A stretch of DNA of 64,000 nucleotides from a virus (IMGVR_UViG_3300007177_000055:1-64000); one strand, 5' to 3'; shown: positions 1-9,105, numbered from the stretch's first letter. Notes: generated by a model not told the origin, from the sequence alone. Program-made: numbers and translations.

Positions 1-249
1 CGTGGCGGTTCCTGGTTCTACCCCCCGGTGCACTGCCGCTCGGCCGCCCGCAACTACAACCGCCCCGACCATGCCAGCAACAACATCGGCTTCCGTGTGT
101 GTTGCCTGCCTAAAAACCTAAAAGTCCAAAATGACAACCAACAACTCACTGGACTAGCACTAGCAATGCTAGATAGCATCGAAAGGTCCAGAGTATTCAT
201 TCCGGAAATTACGGGTATTATCCGTAAAGCCCTTTTACTCAACGCATGA
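1..249 (+). CDS. 3' end of an FGE-sulfatase/C-type-lectin-fold protein (DGR variable-region-like), partial
   Basis: Frame 1 reads RGGSWFYPPVHCRSAARNYNRPDHASNNIGFRVCCLP, the canonical FGE-sulfatase C-terminal motif. Bases 1-110 are GC-rich, unlike the flanking DNA. The gene begins before the window. Confidence 0.8.
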   Translation, partial: RGGSWFYPPVHCRSAARNYNRPDHASNNIGFRVCCLPKNLKVQNDNQQLTGLALAMLDSIERSRVFIPEITGIIRKALLLNA

Positions 250-506
250 CTGACAACCGCTGGATAGAAATAGACGGCGTAATGAAACCTGTCATTAACT
301 TTATACACGTAATACCCATAGAAACCCGGTTAATACACTGCGCCACACTAACGTGCTGGTGCAGTCCGGTTCACGATACTCAAGACCCAGTAATAGTTCT
401 CCACCACGCTGTCAGTACTCCAGAACAGTGGGTACTAATAGGAGAACGTACTAAACTTGAACAAAGCATAACGCCTGAAGAGCCTACAACAAATGTTACT
501 TACTAA
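246..506 (+). CDS. hypothetical protein (H/C-rich, CWCSP motif)
   Basis: ORF coupled by overlap to both neighbours; HVIP..H..CWCSP..HH pattern. Confidence 0.6.
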   Translation: MTDNRWIEIDGVMKPVINFIHVIPIETRLIHCATLTCWCSPVHDTQDPVIVLHHAVSTPEQWVLIGERTKLEQSITPEEPTTNVTY

Positions 507-2673
507 CGTTAATAATAAAATTGAGTCTTCAGGTATAACTGCTTCTCGGAGCTTTGGCATAGAAACTAATGCAAAAGCTTTTAAAGCCCTGTCAGACAAT
601 TTGTATTCCAATAAGATTGGTTCGTTAGTTAGAGAGATCTGCTGTAATGCCAAAGATTCTCATTGTGAAGCAGGCTACCCTAATCGGCCCTTTACAGTAC
701 ACCTACCTTGTGCCTTAGAGCCCTGGTTCTCAGTACAGGACACTGGCGTAGGTATGTCTCAAGAAAAAATCTTTAATACTTTTGCTAGTTACTTTAGTTC
801 TACTAAAGATTCAGACAACAACAGCATTGGCGGTTACGGCATTGGAGCTAAAGCACCGTTTGTCTACACTGATTCATTTACCATCGAATCTGTCTTTGAA
901 GGTAAAGTAGGAACCTACATTGCTTTTTTAGGCAAAGACGGCAGCCCTGAAATCAGTTTGTTCCAGGAAGTTCCCACAGACCAACCCAACGGCGTAACTA
1001 TTAAAATTCCTACGTTAAAACCTGCCGATCACTCCAGTTTTCGCGACGAACTGAAAGATCAGCTAAAGTTTTTTGAACCTAAGCCTATTGTAGTAAATGG
1101 TGGTTCGTTTAAGTTTGAAGACCTAAGTTTCAGGCCAGGCTTTGAATCATGTGGGGTTCGAATACTTGAAAAAAAGTTTCTACCTAGTAAAACACTAGCG
1201 GTATGTGGTGGTATAGCTTATCCTATAGATATTTACTTATTATCCATTAACGTAGACATCAAATCTTACACCAATTTAATAAGTTGCTTTCCTCAGAACA
1301 CATTAATACTAGACTTCTCAATAGGAGACTTAGACTTAGCACTGTCTAGAGAAAGTTTGTCGTATACTGTTAAAACATCTAACGCTATAGTACTTAAACT
1401 AGAAGCGCTTAGGGCAGAAGCAAAAAACTGGATAGTTAGTTCTTTAGACTCCTTATTTACTAAGTGGGAGCAAGCTACCTTTATAGCCCAAAATACAAAG
1501 CTAATAAAAATGACTGGGTTAAATCTGTCAAGCTATTTAAATCAGTCAAAAGCCCTGGGTGAACTAAAAAGAGGTTATGCTTATTCTTACTTACTAGACT
1601 TACAAAATAAAAGCTCTGTTATTGACGGCAAAGAATGTGTTATACCAACTCACAAGATTTTTTCTGAAGTTTGTGGGGTAAAAAAAGAACTACAACCCAA
1701 CTGTGTTTATATTATAGCTAGTGAGCACAACTTTTTAATATACAACGATTTTCCAGTAAATTTCAGAATACGTATCAAAGATTGGAAAAGTACTAAAACT
1801 TGTAGTACTGTTTATTACATTGAACCTATAAACCGTAACCTGACTTCCACAGAAATAAATGCACTAATACAGAAAATTTCTTACTCTATGGGTGCCATAC
1901 CCATAATAAAAGCATCTGACTTACCCTACATTAAACGCACAACACAAATAAAAAATAAAACACCTACCGCCAAATACTACAAGTTTATAGGTAAACAGGA
2001 AGGTCGCTGCACCGTATTTAATACAACAAACTGGAAAGAGGAGGTTGATGACCTAAGCACTAACAACATAGGCGGTTACTACATTGTAATAAAAAATCGG
2101 TCTTTTGTCCTTGAAAATTTAGAGATAGACCTACAATTAGTTACTTACGGTCTAAAGCTGCAAATTCATAACATGCTAGACCGACCAATTTATGCAGTAA
2201 AGCAAGAAACCTTAAGCAAAATAGAGGCTTCGCCTATCTGGGTAAGACTAGTAGACCATTCGCGGGAATTTTACACCCAACTACTAAAGAACCCAGATTG
2301 TCAAAAGGTATTTGTAAGAGAAAGGAGGTCTCATTTAAACACTTATAGAAGGAATTTAAACACGTTACTGTTCGGACAAAAGTGGCCCGAGAACTCTGTA
2401 TTAAGTAATTTAGCAACACTGGCTAAAACTCTTGAGACAGCCTCTTTACCTCCATTGTATGATCAGAAAACTACATTAGTAGTAGAGGCCTTTAACTTAT
2501 ACGAGCTACTAAATTTAGGTGACGGTTTAAGAGCTCTATTAGAAAGTTGGGACTACGCAGCTTTTTTTGAGCACCATTACCATCTAATGGATAAACTGTT
2601 GCAGAACTTAAGAAGTATGGATGAGCGTACACTAAAAGAAATCACCGATTACTTAATCAACCACTCAAAATGA
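493..2673 (+). CDS. rIIA: rIIA-like protein (GHKL/HATPase N-terminal domain)
   Basis: LYSNKIGSLVREICCNAKDSH, DTGVGMS, STK..N.SIGGYGIGAK GHKL motifs; immediately followed by an rIIB-like gene. Confidence 0.9.
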   Translation: MLLTNVNNKIESSGITASRSFGIETNAKAFKALSDNLYSNKIGSLVREICCNAKDSHCEAGYPNRPFTVHLPCALEPWFSVQDTGVGMSQEKIFNTFASYFSSTKDSDNNSIGGYGIGAKAPFVYTDSFTIESVFEGKVGTYIAFLGKDGSPEISLFQEVPTDQPNGVTIKIPTLKPADHSSFRDELKDQLKFFEPKPIVVNGGSFKFEDLSFRPGFESCGVRILEKKFLPSKTLAVCGGIAYPIDIYLLSINVDIKSYTNLISCFPQNTLILDFSIGDLDLALSRESLSYTVKTSNAIVLKLEALRAEAKNWIVSSLDSLFTKWEQATFIAQNTKLIKMTGLNLSSYLNQSKALGELKRGYAYSYLLDLQNKSSVIDGKECVIPTHKIFSEVCGVKKELQPNCVYIIASEHNFLIYNDFPVNFRIRIKDWKSTKTCSTVYYIEPINRNLTSTEINALIQKISYSMGAIPIIKASDLPYIKRTTQIKNKTPTAKYYKFIGKQEGRCTVFNTTNWKEEVDDLSTNNIGGYYIVIKNRSFVLENLEIDLQLVTYGLKLQIHNMLDRPIYAVKQETLSKIEASPIWVRLVDHSREFYTQLLKNPDCQKVFVRERRSHLNTYRRNLNTLLFGQKWPENSVLSNLATLAKTLETASLPPLYDQKTTLVVEAFNLYELLNLGDGLRALLESWDYAAFFEHHYHLMDKLLQNLRSMDERTLKEITDYLINHSK

Positions 2674-3557
2674 GCTACATTCCGCATATTAAAACGCCTA
2701 ATACAATTACTGTTTTAATAGACGGGAAAACTTACTCCGTTTCCCAAGACTCACTTTTGTTTGAACCTGTATGTACAGCTGTAAAAAATGAAGATTTAGA
2801 CACTGTAAGCAGAATACTCAAAGTTAAGCAGCAACTGGCAGACTATTCTGCGGGATCTATCAAGCTGGTAAACGGAGAGCTGCTTTACCAAGACCAACCT
2901 ATACACTCGACCTTAAGCGAACGAATTGTTCGGTCTTTTAACGAAGGTTTTGATGTAGGTCCGATGTGTAAGTTTCTAGAAAACTTATACCAAAACCCAG
3001 ATCCAGACGCAATCAACGGGTTATGGAGTTTCTTAGAAGCCTGCAATTTACCTATCACAGCTGAAGGTAAGTTTGTAGCTTACAAAATGGTAAGTTCTGA
3101 TTTTAAAGATCTCTACACACGCAAAATTGACAATTCTCCTGGAGCTAAAGTAAAAGTCGACCGTTCAGAAGTAGAAAAAAACCCAGAAAAGACTTGCTCT
3201 CAGGGCTTACACTTTGCTTCTAGACACTACATTGAAGAAGGTAACTACGGCTTACGCACTAGAGGCGATCGGCTGGTGGTAGTTGAAATTGACCCCGCTG
3301 ACGTAGTATCTATTCCTGTAGACTACAAATTTGCTAAAGGAAGGTGCTGTGCTTACCAAGTATTAGGTGAGATTGAATGGGAAACTGAGCTACCCGCCGG
3401 AGTAGTTACTACTGACTACGACGAAGATAAACCAGACACTACAAATGAAATTAATTGGGGAAGTTCGTTTAACTCCAAAGAACCTGAAAGCTCACCTAAA
3501 AAAACACCTGCTCTCAAAAGATTGTTCGCTAACATTAGAGACTACTTTTTGCTTTAA
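2670..3557 (+). CDS. rIIB: rIIB-like protein
   Basis: FLENLYQNP, PITAEGKFVAYK, TCSQGLHF, PADVVSIPVDY..KGRCC.Y motifs typical of rIIB; ATGA overlap with rIIA. Confidence 0.9.
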   Translation: MSYIPHIKTPNTITVLIDGKTYSVSQDSLLFEPVCTAVKNEDLDTVSRILKVKQQLADYSAGSIKLVNGELLYQDQPIHSTLSERIVRSFNEGFDVGPMCKFLENLYQNPDPDAINGLWSFLEACNLPITAEGKFVAYKMVSSDFKDLYTRKIDNSPGAKVKVDRSEVEKNPEKTCSQGLHFASRHYIEEGNYGLRTRGDRLVVVEIDPADVVSIPVDYKFAKGRCCAYQVLGEIEWETELPAGVVTTDYDEDKPDTTNEINWGSSFNSKEPESSPKKTPALKRLFANIRDYFLL

Positions 3558-3560
3558 CTC

Positions 3561-3863
3561 GAAAATCTACTTAGACGATAAACGACCCACCCTGCAGGGT
3601 GGGTTCGGTGCTATTGGCCTAAAGAAGTCATAGCATTATTGGCTAAAGAAAACGTAAGTGAAATTTCTTTAGACCACGACTTAGGCGACTGGACCAGTAC
3701 ACCAGAGCGTACAGGTTACGACGTGCTAACTTGGTTAGAATGTGAAGTTCACAACGGTGGTTATCAAAACCGACCGCTTCCCAAAATACACGTTCATTCA
3801 GCAAACCCAGTAGCTAGAAAGCGGATGGAAGCTGCTATAACAGCTATATTCAAAGCTCTTTAA
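3561..3863 (+). pseudogene. cyclic-phosphate-processing receiver domain protein, frameshifted
   Basis: KIYLDDKRPT (one frame) joins PAGWVRCYWPKEVIALL..ISLDHDLGD..TGYDVL.WLE..VHSANPV (another frame) if one C is added at ~3590. No ATG precedes KIYLDD. Confidence 0.75.
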
Positions 3864-4057
3864 GCAGAGTAAAGTGACTGACAACCCCTTTTACCTAGCC
3901 CCTAAAAAAGCAAAGTTAATAGAAGTTTGGTTAGGGAAACCTAATGAAATGGAGAGCGAATTTATTCTCCGCATAGACGAGTCTTACTTACCACAGTTGA
4001 TAGCTGTCTTACGTAGGGCTCAACACCGTTAAAAGGAACCATGCACACAACGTTACT

Positions 4058-4291
4058 TTGACCAAAATGAAAAACAGTCGCGGTACACCCTCATTCAGCC
4101 TATCTGTATTTTTAATTATCGGTCCTATTTTGTTATGGCTTGTTGGGCTATTAGGTTGGGTGTTAAATATAGTGCAAGTACTGTCCCACATTCCAGCGCA
4201 GCTTAATGAAGCTACTACATTGTATATCTTACGCATAGTGGGAATTTTTGCCGTTCCGCTAGGGTCAGTATTAGGCTTCTTTCCTTCTTAA
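4058..4291 (+). CDS. small membrane protein
   Basis: Two hydrophobic segments; GWVLNIV..LRIVGIFAVPLGSVLG is a common phage membrane-protein pattern. Confidence 0.65.
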   Translation: MTKMKNSRGTPSFSLSVFLIIGPILLWLVGLLGWVLNIVQVLSHIPAQLNEATTLYILRIVGIFAVPLGSVLGFFPS

Positions 4292-4305
4292 AAGGTTGTT
4301 TACTT

Positions 4306-4519
4306 ATGTCAGGCGGGCAATTTAACGACGGCGGTAGAATTTAGTTTCCATAAACCACTTGGCTGAGGAACTTGAAAGTAACATTAGCAACAATTCTTAC
4401 GTAGCCAAGTTCGTTTATTGGGGCAAACAGCCTCAATAATGCACCACATCGACCGTCTCTACAGGGGTAATACATCAGAAGAATCGTTTATAAAAGACGT
4501 CAAGTCAACCTACTGTTAG
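4306..4519 (+). pseudogene. degraded MSGG-start phage hypothetical protein
   Basis: MSGGQF start and a HIDRLYRG.TSEESF-like end, with stops and frameshifts between. Confidence 0.45.
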
Positions 4520-4529
4520 AAAAACTTAA

Positions 4530-5435
4530 ATGTATCCACCAAACACACCGGAAGATCGTGCTTTAGGTGCTTTTATTGGCTTAGCTATAGGCGATGCTTT
4601 AGGCGCTGCAGTTGAATTTCGTAAAAAAGGCAGTTACGAGCCGTTAACTACCTACCGAGACGGCGGCCCCTTTAACTTGATAGGCGGGCAGTGGACTGAC
4701 GATACATCACAAGCTATTTGCATAGCTGAATGGTTGCTGGATCACAACCCTACTACTTACAACTTAAGGAACCGTTTTTCAGAATGGCTGTTTAGCGGCA
4801 AGAACTCTTCTACCGGTGAAGCTTTTGACGTCGGCCAAGCTACTAGCAAAGTTCTAATAGAACACCGCGCTGGTGAAGTCAACCCAGAGACTCTGGCTAA
4901 CTCTGGCGGCAACGGAGCTATTATGCGCTTAGCACCTGTGGCTCTTAAATATAGAAACGACCTCACTAAAGGACTGTTTTACGCCGAAATGAGCGGTAAC
5001 AGCACACACCGTCACCAATCTTCCAAAGACTCCGTCAGGTTGCTATTTACCCTTTTAGTGAGAGCTATCAATAAATCTGAGCTAAGCACAGACTTTATAG
5101 AGTTTGCTTGTTTGCTGCTGCCCGTAGAGTCCGAGCTTAGAGCCCAAGTGCTAAAGCTATTAGACCCTAACCAACACACTAAAGAGATCACCGACATTGA
5201 CGGTTATTCTATTACTACTTTGTTGGCAGCACTGCAAGCGCTGATCAACACTGACAGCTTTGAAAGCTGCGTTCTAAATGCAGTTAACAGAGGTGGGGAT
5301 ACTGACTCTGTAGGTGCTGTAGCAGGACAACTAGCCGGCGCGGTTTACGGGTACTCAAAAATTCCCCAAAAGTTCTTGACTAAACTTTGGGACCATGACT
5401 GCTTAGTACAGCTAGCAAATGCCTTAATCAACTGA
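4530..5435 (+). CDS. ADP-ribosylglycohydrolase (DraG/ARH family)
   Basis: GLAIGDALGA, WTDDT, GNGAIMRLAP, GGDTDSVGAVAGQLAGA motifs. Confidence 0.95.
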   Translation: MYPPNTPEDRALGAFIGLAIGDALGAAVEFRKKGSYEPLTTYRDGGPFNLIGGQWTDDTSQAICIAEWLLDHNPTTYNLRNRFSEWLFSGKNSSTGEAFDVGQATSKVLIEHRAGEVNPETLANSGGNGAIMRLAPVALKYRNDLTKGLFYAEMSGNSTHRHQSSKDSVRLLFTLLVRAINKSELSTDFIEFACLLLPVESELRAQVLKLLDPNQHTKEITDIDGYSITTLLAALQALINTDSFESCVLNAVNRGGDTDSVGAVAGQLAGAVYGYSKIPQKFLTKLWDHDCLVQLANALIN

Positions 5436-5439
5436 AACT

Positions 5440-5669
5440 ATGGAATCTGTTACGCCTGAAAAGTTGAAGCTTGGACGGGTGCTCACGAGACGCTGCATCC
5501 TACAAAAGTGCAGGCAACGCAGGCTTTTGAATACGATAAGTACCTAAAATACATATCCGACAATACCTTGTCATACCCGCAGGCATTTGTGGGCCTAAGT
5601 AACGTACCGACTTACGAGTGGTTATATAACCACTTCGAAGAACTCCAAAAACTACTACGACCAGACTAG
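5440..5669 (+). pseudogene. frameshifted small hypothetical gene
   Basis: MESVTPE continues as an open KVEAWTGAHET..LLRPD* frame if one A is added to the A-run at ~5460. Confidence 0.45.
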
Positions 5670-5781
5670 GTATCATTTAAAACACACGTTACACCTGGTG
5701 TGGAGACCACACCAGCTGGTTGCGTTAAAGTGTGCGCATGACGGCGCCGTTTTTCAAGAAATAGCCCCCTAACCTTTTACC

Positions 5782-6030
5782 ATGACCGACCGCAAATTAA
5801 TTAAAGAAGCCTGCACCGTGTTAGCAGTAACTGATGAAATAGAACTAAAGACGCACATCAAACGGCTACAAGAACTTTTAGAGCAAGGTTATACTTCCAT
5901 TGAACTTGACACAGTTGACGTTGGCCAAGAAGTCAAAGTCATTAGAACACGCCTGGAGAACGACGAAGAATATCTCCAACGTTGGGCTGAAACACAGCAC
6001 CAAAAAGTCGCCGACACGCGGTTTACGTAA
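5782..6030 (+). CDS. hypothetical protein (RLE.DEEY..R family)
   Basis: RLENDEEYLQR motif shared with 12021..12329. Confidence 0.65.
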   Translation: MTDRKLIKEACTVLAVTDEIELKTHIKRLQELLEQGYTSIELDTVDVGQEVKVIRTRLENDEEYLQRWAETQHQKVADTRFT

Positions 6031-6114
6031 AACTATACAAAGAATTCAGGACTACTTAGAACAAAGAACACCGAGAGGATGCTAAAACTAACATAAACCA
6101 ACGGGTAGGCATTC

Positions 6115-6369
6115 ATGAGTAACAACCTTAAAGAAGGAAAAGAAGTAAACGTTCGGGCAACCGAGCGGATGCTGTCCCTTAGCGACTTGGCTCTAAGTGT
6201 AGCAAGCCTACTATGTTATGTTTTCATTTTCTTAGCACTATTCAATAGTGCTAACACTACAGCTGACTTCAAAGCCAAATGTCTAAGTGAGAACGGCGAA
6301 TTCACAAATGGGTACGTTCTGATTATCCCAATTCAGACTTGTACCTACCCCAAGTCGACTAAAACTTAA
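6115..6369 (+). CDS. membrane-anchored protein with C-terminal two-Cys domain
   Basis: TM helix followed by CLSENGEFTNGY..TCTY. Confidence 0.6.
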   Translation: MSNNLKEGKEVNVRATERMLSLSDLALSVASLLCYVFIFLALFNSANTTADFKAKCLSENGEFTNGYVLIIPIQTCTYPKSTKT

Positions 6370-6461
6370 AGCGGGTATCTGCGCTAAGACAAAAAAAAGG
6401 ACAACGTATGGGGTAAAACTTAGTTTACTCCTCACACTTAGGGCTCCACTCTAAGTGCTAC

Positions 6462-6535
6462 ATCAGGATAGTTCAGCGGTAGAACACTCGCATTCTTGGC
6501 GCGGGAGGTCAGAGGTTCGAATCCTTTTCCTGATA
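6462..6535 (+). tRNA. atypical tRNA, 9-nt anticodon loop (identity unclear)
   Basis: Acceptor ATCAGGA/TCCTGAT, D-arm GTTC-AGCGGTA-GAAC, stem CTCGC/GCGGG with loop ATTCTTGGC, T-arm AGAGG-TTCGAAT-CCTTT. Confidence 0.75.
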
Positions 6536-6536
6536 T

Positions 6537-6608
6537 TCCAAAGTAGTTCAGTGGTAGAACGCCGGTATTCTCAACCGGATGTCGCTGGTTCGACTCCAGC
6601 CTTTGGTA
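6537..6608 (+). tRNA. atypical tRNA, nominal anticodon TCT (Arg) with C37
   Basis: Acceptor TCCAAAG/CTTTGGT (1-72 mismatch), stem CCGGT/ACCGG with loop ATTCTCA, T-arm GCTGG-TTCGACT-CCAGC. Confidence 0.75.
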
Positions 6609-6626
6609 TTGCCGAAAGGCATTACG

Positions 6627-6705
6627 TCCAGAATAGCTCAGCTGGTAGAGCGTCCGATCCTTAAACAGAGGGTCGGTAGTTCACTAGAATTGCCCTTTAA
6701 GGACA
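6627..6705 (+). pseudogene. degenerate tRNA
   Basis: D-arm TAGCTCAGCTGGTAGAGC is intact; the anticodon stem is poorly paired and the T-loop is disrupted (GTTCACTAGAAT). Confidence 0.55.
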
Positions 6706-6708
6706 TAC

Positions 6709-6859
6709 AACACGGTAGTTCAGCGGTAGAACATTCCCTTTGAGCTGTAGTTCAGCGGTCAGAACACCTGGTAGATAACCGGGAAGTCGGTGGTTCGACT
6801 CCACCCAGCTCAACCAAACATTCAGGGAAAGGTCGGTGGTTCGAATCCATCCCGTGTTA
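6709..6859 (+). tRNA. outer tRNA whose anticodon loop contains an entire second tRNA
   Basis: AACACGG/CCGTGTT acceptor, GTTC-AGCGGTA-GAAC D-arm, TTCCC(6734-38)/GGGAA(6825-29) anticodon stem, AGGTC variable loop, GGTGG-TTCGAAT-CCATC T-arm. Confidence 0.75.
6741..6816 (+). tRNA. inner tRNA, nominal Ile(GAT) with A33, encoded CCA
   Basis: TGAGCTG/CAGCTCA acceptor, CCTGG/CCGGG stem with loop TAGATAA, GGTGG-TTCGACT-CCACC T-arm, A-CCA end. Confidence 0.85.
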
Positions 6860-6981
6860 TTTTCCAACAAAATCAATCTTGTAGTACTCAAATAAACAAC
6901 CTTAAGAACCAAGTTATACAACAACCTAAAACAGTTTATTAAAAACAAAACAAAGAACACCGTCAGTGATCAAGAGCCGTT

Positions 6982-7344
6982 ATGTTTTATCAAATCACAG
7001 ATCGAGACTCGTACCTTCGGGCCCGTGCGCATTGGAGAGCAAACTACGCTGCTTTAAGTGCTAACCAGCGCAGAGTTAAAGCAGAAATTTCCGAGTGTCA
7101 AAAAGACTTCTCTAAAAGAGAAATCTTTTCCTATGATTGGCCTGCTGCAAAACAACAAGCATGGCTAGCAGCTTATGGTCAAGACGGAGCTTTTAGAAGC
7201 ATTCACTCAGCTCTGGCTTACCAAAAGAAAAAGAATGCTGCTCGTGCTACACACCAACTAGCAGTACGAAAGGCTATTAGTCGCACCGCTCAAACCAATT
7301 ATGAAGCCAGTCATACATCTACTTTTACGCCCACGCCATCCTAA
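6982..7344 (+). CDS. basic hypothetical protein (paralogue family with 12331 and 12789)
   Basis: ITDRDSYL..RAHWRANY..LS motif. Confidence 0.7.
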   Translation: MFYQITDRDSYLRARAHWRANYAALSANQRRVKAEISECQKDFSKREIFSYDWPAAKQQAWLAAYGQDGAFRSIHSALAYQKKKNAARATHQLAVRKAISRTAQTNYEASHTSTFTPTPS

Positions 7345-7528
7345 GGGTTTTACTCTAATTGAACTATTAATCTGTCTAACCATCATAAGCATAGTAGTTT
7401 CAATAGGCATGAGAGTTTCAACACACGAACTTTGGCCCAGTCCAAGTGCTGAATGCTCAGCAAACGGCGGCACTTGGAATGAAGGTTTCATCGACTACAG
7501 ACCAGCTTACTCTTGCACATACAAATGA
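7301..7528 (+). CDS. type IV prepilin-like small protein
   Basis: KG|FTLIELLICLTIISIV class III signal peptide with Glu5; two C-terminal Cys. Confidence 0.85.
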   Translation: MKPVIHLLLRPRHPKGFTLIELLICLTIISIVVSIGMRVSTHELWPSPSAECSANGGTWNEGFIDYRPAYSCTYK

Positions 7529-7935
7529 AAACAAACTTAAAAGCCAACGGTTGGACCATCACCGTAATCTCAGCTGTAATAGCTGTTGTAGCTGTACTAT
7601 TGTTTGCCCTACCGCAATATGGAGTGTGGCAGCAATCTCTAGAAGGTAAAGCTGAGCTAATGAAAGCGGACTACACTCGCCAAGTGGCAGTAGTCGAAGC
7701 TCAAGCTCAACTTGATGCAGCCGAAAAGCTTAAACAAGTAGCTGTCATTAAAGCTGAAGGGATTGCAAAAGCCAATGCAATCATTGGTGAAAGCCTAAAA
7801 AACAATCCTGATTACCTCACCTACTTGCAAATTGAATCCATCGAAAAAGGTGCTGCCAAAGGCAACAAAACCTACTTCGTTTCCCCTAGCCAGGGTGGAC
7901 TACCCATCGTCTTACCAGCCGCACCGGCAACATAG
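7525..7935 (+). CDS. SPFH/band-7-like coiled-coil membrane protein
   Basis: TM followed by PQYGVWQQSLEGKAEL..AEGIAKANAIIGESL..NPDYL.Y. Confidence 0.75.
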   Translation: MKTNLKANGWTITVISAVIAVVAVLLFALPQYGVWQQSLEGKAELMKADYTRQVAVVEAQAQLDAAEKLKQVAVIKAEGIAKANAIIGESLKNNPDYLTYLQIESIEKGAAKGNKTYFVSPSQGGLPIVLPAAPAT

Positions 7936-8067
7936 AGTGAAGTCTTACTGGTTAGTTATAGTGTCAGGTGTCTTATTAGCTGCATGTGCCCTAGAGTACC
8001 AAACACCTATAGTTAATTAATACACTTGCGCTGAAATTCCAATTGGTACTTTAAGACTGAGGTACAC

Positions 8068-8400
8068 TTGATGGGTTATCAAACTATAGTAGTAATAAAC
8101 AACGACCGCATTCATGAAGCTAAAGACTACCCTAGTTTAGGTACAGAACTGTACCAAGCTGTGTCCTCTAGCGTGGTACATGGTCGTGCTCCTTTTGGTA
8201 GAGGAATAGGTGAAGTCTGGTTAAGTTCACATGCAGACCAGTGCTCGTTGTTAGTGTTGGGCAGTTTACAGCTCAAAGAAATAACAGCTGTTTACAACCG
8301 CAGTCACGACGTTGAAAAGCTTGAAACCCAAGTAATGCTGCTGAAACTAGCAGCTAAAAGACTAGGTTATCGACTACATCGCATAAAAAGTTCAAAATGA
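8068..8400 (+). CDS. hypothetical protein
   Basis: MGYQTIVVINND..HAD..AAKRLGYRL; resembles a widespread phage small-protein pattern. Confidence 0.7.
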   Translation: MMGYQTIVVINNDRIHEAKDYPSLGTELYQAVSSSVVHGRAPFGRGIGEVWLSSHADQCSLLVLGSLQLKEITAVYNRSHDVEKLETQVMLLKLAAKRLGYRLHRIKSSK

Positions 8401-8843
8401 AACCACTAAAGCCGACTTTAACGCAAGTGCTACAAAAAGCACAAGAGTTGATTGACTCAGGGAAATACAAACAAATCCGAGGGGATTTCACTGATTATGG
8501 TTGTGGTAGATGTTACGTAGCCTTACTAGCAGAAGCTGCAGCCGAATGTGGACTTAAAGTCCCATACGTAGGGTCGATTTTAACCAAAACGTCTTGGTTA
8601 ATTTCACTGGGTCTTAAGAATGTACTTTACACTGAGTGCGAATGGCTACACGAAGAGGGAACACCTTTCTACAAGCTGTGGAGTAAGAACGATAACTTTC
8701 AATGGACGTACCAGCAAATTCAAGACTGGCTGGTAAAAGAAAACGAAAGTTTTAAACGCGAAGCAGCTAAAAGAAGCTTACAAAAGCTGTCTTTACCTAA
8801 TACAAATAGAAACCCAAAGATAGTTAAGGTAATCCACGCCTAA
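8397..8843 (+). CDS. hypothetical protein (SG.Y.Q..G..C family, distant paralogue of 13723/15109)
   Basis: IDSGKYKQIRG..GRC..LL..NDNFQWTYQQI. Confidence 0.65.
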   Translation: MKPLKPTLTQVLQKAQELIDSGKYKQIRGDFTDYGCGRCYVALLAEAAAECGLKVPYVGSILTKTSWLISLGLKNVLYTECEWLHEEGTPFYKLWSKNDNFQWTYQQIQDWLVKENESFKREAAKRSLQKLSLPNTNRNPKIVKVIHA

Positions 8844-9105
8844 AATGACAGAACCTGGGCGTTACTTTACAGAGTGAGAAGATTTAAACTATAAACCTTA
8901 CTGCATAGGAGGCTTTGCTCAAGTAATGAGTGCACCTGCCGCTTAATCGTTTCAGCCTATGTTTGTAGCCCAACAAACCTTAGGCTTAGAGGCTGCCCAT
9001 CACTTTATTGACGACAACGACACAGCTTTGGAATATTTGCGCCAAGTAATCGCTAGAAATTCATAAATTGAGACTTATTTAAAAATTCAATCCCTTAACA
9101 CCCAC

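Noticed and set aside
6455-6960. ORFs 6455..6664 (+) and 6697..6960 (-)
   Set aside because: They are shadow translations of the tRNA cluster.
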